This document shows, piece by piece, positions 1-10,492 of a stretch of DNA of 64,000 bases. This DNA comes from an uncultured delta proteobacterium. GTDB taxonomy: Bacteria; Desulfobacterota; Desulfuromonadia; Geobacterales; Pseudopelobacteraceae. The notes beneath the pieces were generated by a model that ran no database searches, was not told where the DNA came from, and worked only from the letters and a program-made list of their open reading frames with translations. Every line of letters starts with the position of its first letter. Position 1 is the stretch's first letter. The position numbers and the translations under genes were made by a program. The stretch is from contig CAVYYZ010000013.1 in NCBI GenBank assembly GCA_963772835.1, forward strand, positions 1 through 64,000. Direction: 5' to 3'.

Positions 1-236
1 TTGCCCCTACGTTGGGTGATGTGATGGATTGGTTTAAAACCATGACCACCAATGCATACATCCGTGGCGTTAAAGATAATAATTGGCCGCCATTTTCTGG
101 ACGGTTATGGCAGCGTAATTATTACGAACGGATTATTCGGGATGAAGATGAATTGGCCTCAACCAGAGAATATATTGCGTACAACCCGATGAGATGGGCG
201 GAGGATATGGAAAACCCGGATTCTGCCGAAATGTGA
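1..236 (+). mobile_element. REP-associated tyrosine transposase (RAYT, Y1/HUH), C-terminal part; gene begins upstream of the window
   Basis: APTLGDVMDWFKTMTTNAYIRGVK...WQRNYYERIIRDEDEL...REYIAYNP matches the RAYT C-terminus (WQRxYY(E/D)xIIR, YIxxNP); GTAG REPs adjacent. Confidence 0.85.
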
Positions 237-241
237 ACGGT

Positions 242-312
242 TTCGTAGGGGTGCTTGCTGCCGCGCCCGATATTGATATTTGTCCGTAGGGGCGGCCCCA
301 TGTGGCCGCCCG
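242..312 (+). repeat. REP doublet (GTAG family), left copy: REP-A 242-269, REP-B 283-312
   Basis: ttcGTAGgggtgcttgctgccgcgcccg and tccGTAGgggcggccccatgtggccgcccg: GTAG foot plus GC hairpin, directly after the RAYT stop. Confidence 0.85.
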
Positions 313-418
313 GTTTGGAGGGTGGGATGGGTTATTGGGGGAAGGCGGAGAGGGATGGGGAACGGTTTCATCTGCTGCCGTACCAGTTAGGATGTGGCGG
401 TGGTAATGGAGGCCATTA

Positions 419-3075
419 GTGGATAAAACGTTGGTAAACATCTGGGCGAAAACAGACAGAAATAATGATGCTCGATGGCATCCTCTGATTCTCCACATGC
501 TGGATGTGGCTGCCAGCGCGGACGCTATCTTGGCGCGCGAACCAGAATCTACTCGCGGAAGGATGGCAGCAATCTTGGGGTTTGAGTGGGAGGATGCCCG
601 TCCGTGGCTTTTGCTCGTGGTGGCCTGCCATGATCTGGGTAAGGCCTGTCCGGGTTTTCAGTGCAAGTGGTTGGACATGACTGGACTGCAACCAACTCGG
701 AGTCCGAATACCGAGATCCACCACGCCTTCGTGAGCCAGATTGCACTGTCGGATTGTTGCGGGAGATGAACTGGCCAGATGAATTGGCGGCGCTGGTGGC
801 CGATGCGGTTGGATGTCATCACGGGAGCAGGGCTTCGCCAATAACTCTCAATGATTTGGAAGGCGACAGGGCGCGCCCTTGGCGAAGGATGATTGGGCGC
901 AAGTCCGCCGAGGTCTTGTGGAGGCGTTGTTGGAAGTTTTCAAACCGATCAAGATTCCTACCAAACAAACTCTCACTGGCCCCGACTTCATGTTGCTGTC
1001 GGGCCTCACCAGCTTTGCCGACTGGATCGGCTCGAATGAAGAATGGTTTGCCTTCGGCACACCCGAAGATTGTGATGATCTGGAAGGATGGTTTCAAAAA
1101 CGTAGAGTCCATGCTGAACAGGCATTGGATGCAATCGGATGGGGGTCACGAACACCACTTTCTTAAGAGCCAAAATCCTTCGAGCAGATTTTTAAGTTTG
1201 CTCCCCGACCTTTGCAGCAAGCAGTCGCTGATGTTGTGGCCGATTTGAAGGGGCCAGCAATTCTGCTGGTTGAAGCGCCCATGGGTGAGGGTAAGACCGA
1301 GGCCGCTTTCTATGCCCATTTCGAATTGCAACGCCGTTTCGGGCATCGTGGTCTATATGTGGCTTTGCCGACCAAGGCCACGGGCAATGCAATGTTTAAG
1401 CGAACCCTTGAAATTCTTGCGCAACCAGGGATTGATCGAAAGCTTGACCTGCAACTGCTGCATGGCGGGACTGCGTTCAACGACACCTTCCAAAATTTGC
1501 GTCTTTCGCGGCATCCATGACCCAGAAACGGGTGGTGAGGTTCGAGCCGGAGAATGGTTCACGAACAAAAAACGGGCGCTGCTATCGGAATACGGCGTCG
1601 GAACGGTGGATCAGGCCATTCTTCCTATTCTGCCGGTCCGACACAACTTCGTCCGCCTGTGGGGACTTGCAAACCGTGTCGTGGTTTTCGACGAAATCCA
1701 CGCTTACGACGCCTACACGGGTACGCTTCTGGTTCATCTGCTGCGCTGGCTTTTGTCGCTCGGTTCGTCGGTGGTTTTGCTCTCGGCGACGCTGCCACCA
1801 TAATATCCGGCGCGCAGTTGGCTAAAGTGGTAAACGCAACCTTGCCGGAACAGGAAACGCAATATCCCCGCCTTTCGGTCTTTCGTCCTGGGACGGTGGA
1901 TCAAATTCATTTCGAGGCTGATCCCGCTCGCCGACATGACTCTGCGGTTACAGGGTATTCCCGTGATCTGCCAAGCATGCAGTCAGCCCTGAAGGAGCAC
2001 CTTGTCAATGGCGGCATGGGGCTGGCGCTGGTCAATACGGTGCAGCGGGCTCAAGAGTTGTACCGGCTTTTTCCGGACGGCGAGCCGATGGAGAGTGATG
2101 GTCAGCGTGTCGGCAAACGGCTTGCCGATGGGACGGAAATATTTCTCTTTCATGCGCGCTTTCCGGCTGATCGGCGGCAGAAACGCGAGGACCTTGTCTT
2201 GGCGACCTTCGGAGAAGATGGCAATCGAAGCGGGCGGAAAATTCTTATTGCTACGCAGGTTGCCGAACAGAGTCTTGATCTGGATTTTGACGTGATTGTA
2301 ACCGACCTTGCACCCATTGACCTTCTGCTGCAGCGTGCAGGACGCTTGTGGCGGCATAAGCGCGAGAACAGGCCGGTTGCCGGGCCTCCAACCCTCCTGG
2401 TGGCTGGTCTTGCCGGTGACGAGCCGCCATCATTCGGAAAGCCCTTGTGGTGGGGGAAGGTATATCGTGAGGATATTCTGTTGCGTACCTGGAGTCTGCT
2501 TCGGGAAGGGCAGAGGCAGAGTCTAATGTTGCCTGATGAGATCGACGCCTTGGTACAAGCAGTTTATGAAGAACAGGTTGAAATACCTGATTCGCTTCTT
2601 GAAAGATCGGATAAAGCCTTGTTGAATGGGGAAGGTGAGGCCGTAACCACAGCGTGGACAGGCGAATCAGGCGATCATAGGTTTTCCTGACGATGCTTCA
2701 TGGAATGATCCGGGGCGATTTGTTCTCTTCTATGAAGATGAGCCAGGAGTGCATCGGACACTCATGGCCCAGACCAGACTTGGTGAGGACTCGGTTGTTA
2801 CTATCCCGTTATGGCTGGAAGACGGGTTCATCCCTGAAACCTTACCGGATTTTGATCAGTCCAAACTGTGGTGCCAGCGTGCCATCAGTCTTTTAAATAA
2901 AAGAGTGGTTAAAAATCTTAAAAAAGTTGGGGTGCCGGAAGGCTGGAAGAATTCAACGCTGCTCCGGAACTACTTCCCGCTGGTGTTAAATGATGAAAAC
3001 TGCTGGATAGAAGATGTGACGGTGCGACTGGATGAAGATCTTGGACTGGTGTATGACACAAAGGAGGCCGAATGA
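419..3075 (+). pseudogene. cas3: Type I-E Cas3 HD nuclease/helicase, split by several frameshifts and stops (decay or assembly error)
   Basis: HD motifs HMLDV/CHDLGK/CHHG/ADWIGS, Walker [44 protein letters not shown] spread over 7 ORF pieces; GGAGG before GTG 419. Confidence 0.9.
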
Positions 3076-4592
3076 GCCGATTCAACCTGATTGATGAAAA
3101 ATGGATTCCGGTGCGATTCCCCGATGGGACTCGTGATGAACTGGGTATTCGCGACACCCTGATGCGTGCCAAAGAAATCACGGCTATCGAAGATCCGTCA
3201 CCGCTTGTGGTAGCAGCTCTGCATCGTTTTTTGCTGGCCGTGTTGTACCGCGCACTGGAAGGCCCGACCGATATTGATCAGGCCAAGGCTTTGTTCAAGG
3301 ATGGTCTGCCCGGAGATAAGATCACGGCATATCTGGAAACGTGGCGGGAACGGTTTTGGTTGTTTGATGAAAAATATCCGTTTGGGCAGATACCAACATT
3401 TGTGCCAAAGACATGGAGAGCGTGGACTGTACTTGCTGCAGAGCATAATGCTGACAATGCCAAGGTCCTTTTCGATCACGTGGATGTTGAAGCGCCAGGC
3501 ACTATTTCTGAAGCTGCGGCAACACGTTGGATACTGGCCGCTCAGACATTTTCAGTGAGCTGTGGAAAAAGCGAATTATCGCATACTGGCACTGCGCCAT
3601 CTGCAACGGCTACTATGGCCCTGCCGCTTGGGTGTGATCTCTCCGACACTCTGCTGCTTTCGCTAATTCCACAAAATAGAGAAATATCTGCTACCGATCA
3701 ATCTTTATGGGAAAGAATCCCGGAATCAGTTGAAAGTCTCAAAGACGGTTTTTCTCGCTCTGTGAGTGGGTTAGCTGACCGGTATACATGGAGGACTCGT
3801 TCAATCCGACTCGAAGCTGATGATTCAGGGCAGATCAATAAACTGGCTTTCGCTTCAGGAGTTGGAAATACTACTGTTGATCAGATCGACCCCATGCATG
3901 GTTACAGGATCGACGAAAAAAACGGTAAGCTTCCTATCCAATTCCGTGACCGAGGATTTTGGAGAGACTTTGATTCCCTGCTCCCCGATGAATCACATCT
4001 TGCGCCTCAGGTAATTGAGCATGCGACAGCTCTGACGCGGTTGAACCGAGACAGATTCCCACGATCAGTAATGGTGCTGGGGCAGTCAAACAATAAGGCG
4101 AAGATCGAGTATTGGCGTATGGAGCGTTTCGCCTTGCCTGAATCGCTGACAGGAGACCACTTCATTCGAACGGAGATTCGGCAACTTCTTAACGATGCAG
4201 AGGATACCCAAAAATCTCTCTGGATGGCCTGTAAATCCTTCGCGCGGGACATTTTGAGCCGAGGGGAGCGAGAGCCGTTCGGTAAGGACATCAGCCGGTT
4301 TGTAGAGCAGATGCCAGTGAACTCTTGGTACTGGTCCACGCTTGAATCTCGTTTTCACGAGATCCTACGTGAGTACTGTCTTGATAGGGATTCAGAAGAT
4401 ATCCGCTGTCAATGGCTGAAATCGGTTCGGGACACATTAAAGTCCGCCTGGGATCAGCATGGTGCGTCGGTATCTACTGGTGATGCCTGGGCTATTCGGG
4501 CACTTATAAAAGCTGAAGGCTTGGTACTACGTAAGTTGAAATATCTGAACGATGAAATTGTCAAACTCGAACCAGTGAAGGAGGTCGCATGA
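3072..4592 (+). CDS. casA: Type I-E Cascade large subunit Cas8e (Cse1/CasA)
   Basis: N-terminal FNLIDEKWIPV, F.LFDEKYPF.Q; follows cas3 with ATGA overlap. Confidence 0.9.
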   Translation: MSRFNLIDEKWIPVRFPDGTRDELGIRDTLMRAKEITAIEDPSPLVVAALHRFLLAVLYRALEGPTDIDQAKALFKDGLPGDKITAYLETWRERFWLFDEKYPFGQIPTFVPKTWRAWTVLAAEHNADNAKVLFDHVDVEAPGTISEAAATRWILAAQTFSVSCGKSELSHTGTAPSATATMALPLGCDLSDTLLLSLIPQNREISATDQSLWERIPESVESLKDGFSRSVSGLADRYTWRTRSIRLEADDSGQINKLAFASGVGNTTVDQIDPMHGYRIDEKNGKLPIQFRDRGFWRDFDSLLPDESHLAPQVIEHATALTRLNRDRFPRSVMVLGQSNNKAKIEYWRMERFALPESLTGDHFIRTEIRQLLNDAEDTQKSLWMACKSFARDILSRGEREPFGKDISRFVEQMPVNSWYWSTLESRFHEILREYCLDRDSEDIRCQWLKSVRDTLKSAWDQHGASVSTGDAWAIRALIKAEGLVLRKLKYLNDEIVKLEPVKEVA

Positions 4593-5059
4593 ATGGATTT
4601 ATCGAATGGCTGGAAGGCTTGAACGAGAAAGACACCAAGGTGCGAGCGGTGCTACGGCGCAGCCTCGCTTTTGATCCGGGGAAATTTGTTCCCGCCTATC
4701 CCTATGTAGAGCCCTTTCTGAAAGATGAGGAAAACTTTTGGAGAAGGGATGTCTTCTATCTGGTAGCCGGTCTTTGGGCCAGTCATTGGCGGGACGGCAG
4801 AAGTGGTTTGCTGATGACTTTCGGGAAAGCGTGCGCAGCTCATCAGGTGGCAAGCGGTTCCACGAGTACGGAGCGTCGCTTCATTACTCTTCTGGATGCC
4901 GATTCTGACCAGTTGCCACATCGTTTGCGTCAGATGGTTGCTCTTCTCAAGGAACAATCCATTGATTTTGACGATCTGCTGAACAGGCTTTTGTACTGGA
5001 ATGATGACCAAAAGCGCACCCAGAACATTTGGGCTCGCGATTTTTATCGAAACCTATAA
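4589..5059 (+). CDS. casB: Type I-E small subunit Cas11 (Cse2/CasB)
   Basis: RAVLRRS, STERRFITLL, LRQMVALL, WARDFY motifs; operon position. Confidence 0.9.
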   Translation: MNGFIEWLEGLNEKDTKVRAVLRRSLAFDPGKFVPAYPYVEPFLKDEENFWRRDVFYLVAGLWASHWRDGRSGLLMTFGKACAAHQVASGSTSTERRFITLLDADSDQLPHRLRQMVALLKEQSIDFDDLLNRLLYWNDDQKRTQNIWARDFYRNL

Positions 5060-5104
5060 ACACGAAACCGACACTAAATCTAACAGCAATAAGGAGATCA
5101 GCGA

Positions 5105-6265
5105 ATGAAAACAATTATCGAGATTCACGCCCTACAGAACTTTGCCCCGTCAAACTTGAATAGAGATGACACCGGTGCTCCCAAGGATGCCCTTTTTGGA
5201 GGCACCCGCCGCGCCCGCGTCTCCAGCCAGTGCCTCAAACGCTCAGTACGGCAGTATTTCCAGGGATTGGTGGAGCAAAACGCACTTGCATCTGATGATG
5301 TGGCTTTCCGTACCAAACGTATTCTGGATGCTCTCGTCAAGTATTTGGTTGGAAAAGGCCGGTTAGAATCTGAAGCGGACGAAAAAGCGCGGTTGGCTTT
5401 GGGTGCCATGGAATTAACGGTAAAGGAAGACGGCAAGAGCGAATACCTCCTGTTTTTGGGACAACGCGAACTATCCGGCATAGCAGAAATTATCCACGAA
5501 AAGTGGGATTCCATCACTGCATCTGATGCCGCACCTGCAGAGGGGAAAAAACCGGGTAAGGCCAAGAAGCAGGCTGCTCTGAGTGCTGATCCCGAATTAA
5601 AGAAAGCCCTCGATAAAGTTTTCAACGGTGGCAAGGCCCTTGATGTGGCGCTCTTTGGGCGCATGCTCGCTGATATGCCAGAGAAGAACCAGAACGCCGC
5701 TTGCCAAGTTGCCCACGCCATTTCGACCCATTCGGTTGAGCGCGAATTCGATTTCTACACTGCCGTTGACGACCTCAAGCCCGAGGACAGCGCCGGTGCC
5801 GATATGATTGGAACCGTAGAATTCAATTCGGCCTGTTTCTACCGTTATGCCGTAGTTGATTGGGAGAAACTTGTTGAAAATCTCCAGAATGACCGAGAAC
5901 TGGCGGCCAAGGGTTTGCGGGCATTTCTGGAGGGTTTCGTGGTGGCTGAACCTACCGGTAAGCAAAACACCTTCGCAGCTCATAACCCACCGGAGTTTGT
6001 GGCAGTAACTGTGCGGCACAATGCCGCGCCACGTAATCTAGCCAATGCCTTTGAAACGCCAATCCGCGTCAAAAAGGACGAATCGCTGACTCGGAAGTCG
6101 GCGGAAGAGCTTGTCAGGAAGGCCCAGACGCTGCAGGTTGCATTTGGTGGTGAGGAACAAACATTCATTCTCAATCTCATAGATGCCAAGCTGAATGGAT
6201 TGGGAACGACCTTGCCTGCACTGAAGGATCTTCTCGATAAGGCCCTTTTGGCCGCACAGGAGTAA
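5105..6265 (+). CDS. cas7: Type I-E Cas7 (Cse4/CasC)
   Basis: [58 protein letters not shown]. Confidence 0.95.
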   Translation: MKTIIEIHALQNFAPSNLNRDDTGAPKDALFGGTRRARVSSQCLKRSVRQYFQGLVEQNALASDDVAFRTKRILDALVKYLVGKGRLESEADEKARLALGAMELTVKEDGKSEYLLFLGQRELSGIAEIIHEKWDSITASDAAPAEGKKPGKAKKQAALSADPELKKALDKVFNGGKALDVALFGRMLADMPEKNQNAACQVAHAISTHSVEREFDFYTAVDDLKPEDSAGADMIGTVEFNSACFYRYAVVDWEKLVENLQNDRELAAKGLRAFLEGFVVAEPTGKQNTFAAHNPPEFVAVTVRHNAAPRNLANAFETPIRVKKDESLTRKSAEELVRKAQTLQVAFGGEEQTFILNLIDAKLNGLGTTLPALKDLLDKALLAAQE

Positions 6266-6268
6266 CCC

Positions 6269-6969
6269 ATGCCCACATTGTTGCTTCGCTTGGTGGGACC
6301 CATGCAGTCGTGGGGAACTACCAGTCGTTTTGATCAACGCGATACCGGCAAAGAACCCAGCAAGTCCGGGGTCGTCGGCATGTTGGCTGCTGCGTTGGGT
6401 ATTGATCGAGAAAATTGGACGGATCTTGAACCGCTTACTCGTCTGACGATGGGGGTTCGTCATGACCGGCCAGGGGTGCCCAAACGGGATTACCAGACCG
6501 CAGGCTGCGCTGCAGCAGACACCATCATCAAGGCCGATGGAAAACAGGCTAAGGATGGAGGTGTCGTTTCACAACGTTTCTACCTCGCAGACGCTTGTTT
6601 CCTGGTGGGTCTTGAAAGCAAAGATGTCACCTTACTTGAAAAGATTCACGCTGCCCTGCAAAACCCTTTCTGGACACTTGCTTTGGGGCGTAAATCCTAT
6701 GTGCCATCCGAGTCGGTCTGGATGGCTGACGGACTACAGGATGCTCCGCTGAGTGGACGTTTTGGCTCGCTGGCCTTGGATCGCAAGCTCAACGGAAATG
6801 GGAAGAGCTTCCTGAAAAGCTCCTGGTTTCCTATGAGTCTGCGGATGGTTCCGGCGTGCTCAAGATGGATCAACCGCTGTCATCGTTTGCCGAACGGCGC
6901 TTCGGGTCGCGTTTCGTGCGTTCGGAATGGATTCCCTTTCCGCAGGAGGTGGCCCATGTTCCTGCATAG
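6269..6969 (+). CDS. cas5: Type I-E Cas5 (CasD); 3' end lies in shifted frames (two apparent 1-nt insertions near 6750-6795)
   Basis: LLLRLVGPMQSWG, PSKSGVVGMLAAALG, LGRKS; Cas5e-like tail ...MDQPLSSFAERRFGSRFV...VPA* ends at TAG 6967-6969 in another frame. Confidence 0.85.
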
Positions 6970-7630
6970 GATACATATTGATCCACGTTGCCGGGAGGCT
7001 CGCCGCGACCTGTCTGATCCCTACCAACTCCATTCCACGCTTTGCCGGGCTTTCAGCACACCGGACAGCAAATGCCTCGAAGGTGAATTCTTGTGGCGGC
7101 ACGAGCCGGAGACTGATTCAGATGGATGCCCGCTCATTCTCGTGCAAAGCCGGACAATGCCTGACTGGACTGGCATTGGTGTGAAGGGCTGGCTGGCACA
7201 TGCTGATACGGCTATTGACTTGAAAGAACGGCTAAAGCTTGATTCGCTCAAGGCTGGGAAGCGTTTTCGTTTCAGACTACGTGCCAACCCTTGTGTGTGC
7301 CGCAATGGCAAGCGGCAAGGGTTGCTACGGCTGGAGGAACAGGAAACATGGATTGAACGAAAAGGGAAGTTGCACGGCTTCTCACTGCCAAATTTGGCAT
7401 CATTCGATTTTTCAGAATCGTCGCAGGAGCGGGTGGATGTACGGGTGTCTCAGGAGCAGATGCTCGGGGGTAAGCAGCATTCCGGTAACGGTATTCGGAT
7501 TTTTTCGGTGCTGTACGATGGGATGCTTATTGTTACTGAACCAGATAAATTCAGGGATGCGCTACAAAACGGCATCGGTCATGGCAAGGTCATGGGGCTT
7601 GGGCTTTTGTCGGTGGTGCCGATAGTCTAA
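6956..7630 (+). CDS. cas6e: Type I-E Cas6e (Cse3/CasE) crRNA endonuclease
   Basis: Own GGAGG RBS and ATG 6956; PYQLHSTL, FRFRLRANP, Gly-rich GIGHGKVMGLGLLS. Confidence 0.92.
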   Translation: MFLHRIHIDPRCREARRDLSDPYQLHSTLCRAFSTPDSKCLEGEFLWRHEPETDSDGCPLILVQSRTMPDWTGIGVKGWLAHADTAIDLKERLKLDSLKAGKRFRFRLRANPCVCRNGKRQGLLRLEEQETWIERKGKLHGFSLPNLASFDFSESSQERVDVRVSQEQMLGGKQHSGNGIRIFSVLYDGMLIVTEPDKFRDALQNGIGHGKVMGLGLLSVVPIV

Positions 7631-7650
7631 TGCTCGTACGCCGGCATCTG

Positions 7651-7959
7651 AACTATTCAGAAATCCTGAATAGCTGGAAAGGGATGGGTACATGCTGTAC
7701 CTACCCTTGAGGAAGTCAACTGTCGACAGGTTGTCGACGGTTTGTGCCACTGGACGTGCTAAAACCATCAAAAGCGGGCGGCCACATGGGGACGCCCCTA
7801 CGGAATCGGATGCGAAACAGGCGGGCGCGGCAAGCAGCGCCCCAACGAATGCGGCTGGCTGAATGAAAGGGGGAAAATGTCCCCCCCTTGAGCTTGAACC
7901 CGTGATATTTTGTCACAGGGTGTCTTGACGGTTTAGTGGGGTACAAATTGTACCCCACT
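7651..7959. promoter_or_regulatory. Cluster of about six ~25-bp palindromes upstream of rhuM (candidate operators or cassettes)
   Basis: aactattcagaaatcctgaatagct 7651-7675; gggtaca-tgc-tgtacct ~7686-7702; aactgtcgaca-ggt-tgtcgacggtt 7718-7742; aaggggg-aaaatgt-ccccccctt ~7867-7889; ccgtgata-ttt-tgtcacagg ~7899-7919; agtggggtaca-aat-tgtaccccact 7935-7959. Confidence 0.6.
7775..7849 (-). repeat. REP doublet, right copy, inverted relative to 242-312: REP-B' 7775-7804, REP-A' 7822-7849
   Basis: Reverse complement of 7775-7804 equals 283-312 at 29/30 positions; reverse complement of 7822-7849 matches 242-269 at about 23/28. Confidence 0.85.
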
Positions 7960-8018
7960 TGAAATAGCGGTTTTATTAAATCGGAAAGTTTCAGGTGGAA
8001 GTTGCCAGGGAGAAGGAT

Positions 8019-9044
8019 ATGAACGACACCAAAAATGCCTCACAGATGCTGATTTATCAGACAGCTGACGGCAATACGAAACTTGAAGTCCATCTTGAAA
8101 ACGAGACGGTCTGGCTTTCGCAAAAACAGATGGCAGAACTTTTTCAGGTGACTATTCCCACCATCAATGAGCACATAAAAACCATATATGATGACGGGGA
8201 ACTTGAGGTGGAGGCAACTATTCGGAAATTCCGAATAGTTCAAACGGAAGGTTCCCGGCAGGTGAACAGGCCGGTTGATTACTACAACCTCGACATGATC
8301 ATTTCTGTCGGTTACCGGGTAAAGAGCCATGTCGCGACCCGCTTTCGGCAGTGGGCTACCCAGCGGCTGCGGGAGTACATCATCAAAGGTTTTACCATGG
8401 ATGATGAACGCCTCAAGCGGGCTGGTGGCGGTAACTACTTCGACGAACTGCTGGCTCGCATTCGCGACATTCGCTCTTCAGAGAAAGTCTTCTGGCGCAA
8501 GGTGCTGGAGATATACGCTACCAGCATTGACTATGATCCGGCGACCGAGGCGTCAAGGAAGTTTTTTGCCACCGTACAGAACAAGATGCACTGGGCTACT
8601 CATGGGCAGACTGCCGCCGAGATCATTCACAGCCGGGCCGATGCCGGTAAGCCTAACATGGGATTAACGAGCTGGGTGGGAGACTCCTTACGAAAGACAG
8701 ACGTCGAGGTTGCCAAGAACTATCTAAACGAAGAGGAACTGGAAATCCTCAATCGAATAGTGACTTCCTATCTTGAATTCGCAGAATTGCAGGCGCTCAC
8801 TCGTAAGCCGATGTACATGGCCGGGTGGATCGCCAAGTTGGATGATTTTCTGAAGCTAAGCGAGCGCGAAATTTTGACCCATGCCGGAAAACTCAGCCAT
8901 GAAGAAGCGCTGCAAAAAGCTCATGTGGAGTATGACCGCTTTCATAAGGAGCAGTTGCAGGAGCCGTCCCGAGTGGAGAGGGATTTTCTGGAGGTGGCGA
9001 AGAAAGCCGAAAAAACCGGAAAAGTGCTGAAACAAAAGGTGTGA
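8019..9044 (+). CDS. Virulence RhuM-family DNA-binding protein
   Basis: IYQTADGNTKLEVHLENETVWLSQKQMAELF, YNLDMIISVGYRVKS, ATRFRQWAT, DELLARIRDIRSSEK, AKNYLNEEEL are RhuM hallmarks; alternative GTG start at 7995. Confidence 0.9.
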   Translation: MNDTKNASQMLIYQTADGNTKLEVHLENETVWLSQKQMAELFQVTIPTINEHIKTIYDDGELEVEATIRKFRIVQTEGSRQVNRPVDYYNLDMIISVGYRVKSHVATRFRQWATQRLREYIIKGFTMDDERLKRAGGGNYFDELLARIRDIRSSEKVFWRKVLEIYATSIDYDPATEASRKFFATVQNKMHWATHGQTAAEIIHSRADAGKPNMGLTSWVGDSLRKTDVEVAKNYLNEEELEILNRIVTSYLEFAELQALTRKPMYMAGWIAKLDDFLKLSEREILTHAGKLSHEEALQKAHVEYDRFHKEQLQEPSRVERDFLEVAKKAEKTGKVLKQKV

Positions 9045-9045
9045 C

Positions 9046-9187
9046 ATGGGACAAGGAGCAAAAAAAACGGAGCATGCCGGAGCCAAGAATGGTTGCGGCG
9101 CATACTGGGGCAGAAAGGCTGCCGCCAAGAAGGAATCAAATCGGCTAAGACGTGAAGATGACAAGGTGTTGATAGCGGAAAATACAA

Positions 9188-9213
<26 letters not shown>
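9046..9213 (+). CDS. Small basic hypothetical protein, 55 aa (below the ORF-track cutoff)
   Basis: MGQGAKKTEHAGAKNGCGAYWGRKAAAKKESNRLRREDDKVLIAENTSEKDEAKP*; starts 1 nt after the rhuM stop and its TGA overlaps an ATG at the cas1 5' end. Confidence 0.65.
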
Positions 9214-10424
<1,211 letters not shown>

Positions 10425-10492
10425 GAGGCTCTAAAATCGGTAGATTTTTTAATGGTGAATTTGCTCAATGATTTTAAGGAAGTAGAGGAAGT
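10425..10492 (+). promoter_or_regulatory. CRISPR leader
   Basis: AT-rich stretch between the cas2 stop and the first repeat. Confidence 0.7.

Noticed and set aside
6269..7630. Apparent natural Cas5-Cas6e fusion (453 aa ORF)
   Set aside because: The linker is out-of-frame sequence: the Cas5 C-terminus with its own stop (6969) is in another frame and cas6e has its own RBS and ATG (6956); explained by indels
7631..7994. CreTA/CreR-like mini-array of degenerate CRISPR repeats in the cas6e-rhuM gap
   Set aside because: No convincing match to the 29-nt repeat; the hairpins are REPs and other palindromes
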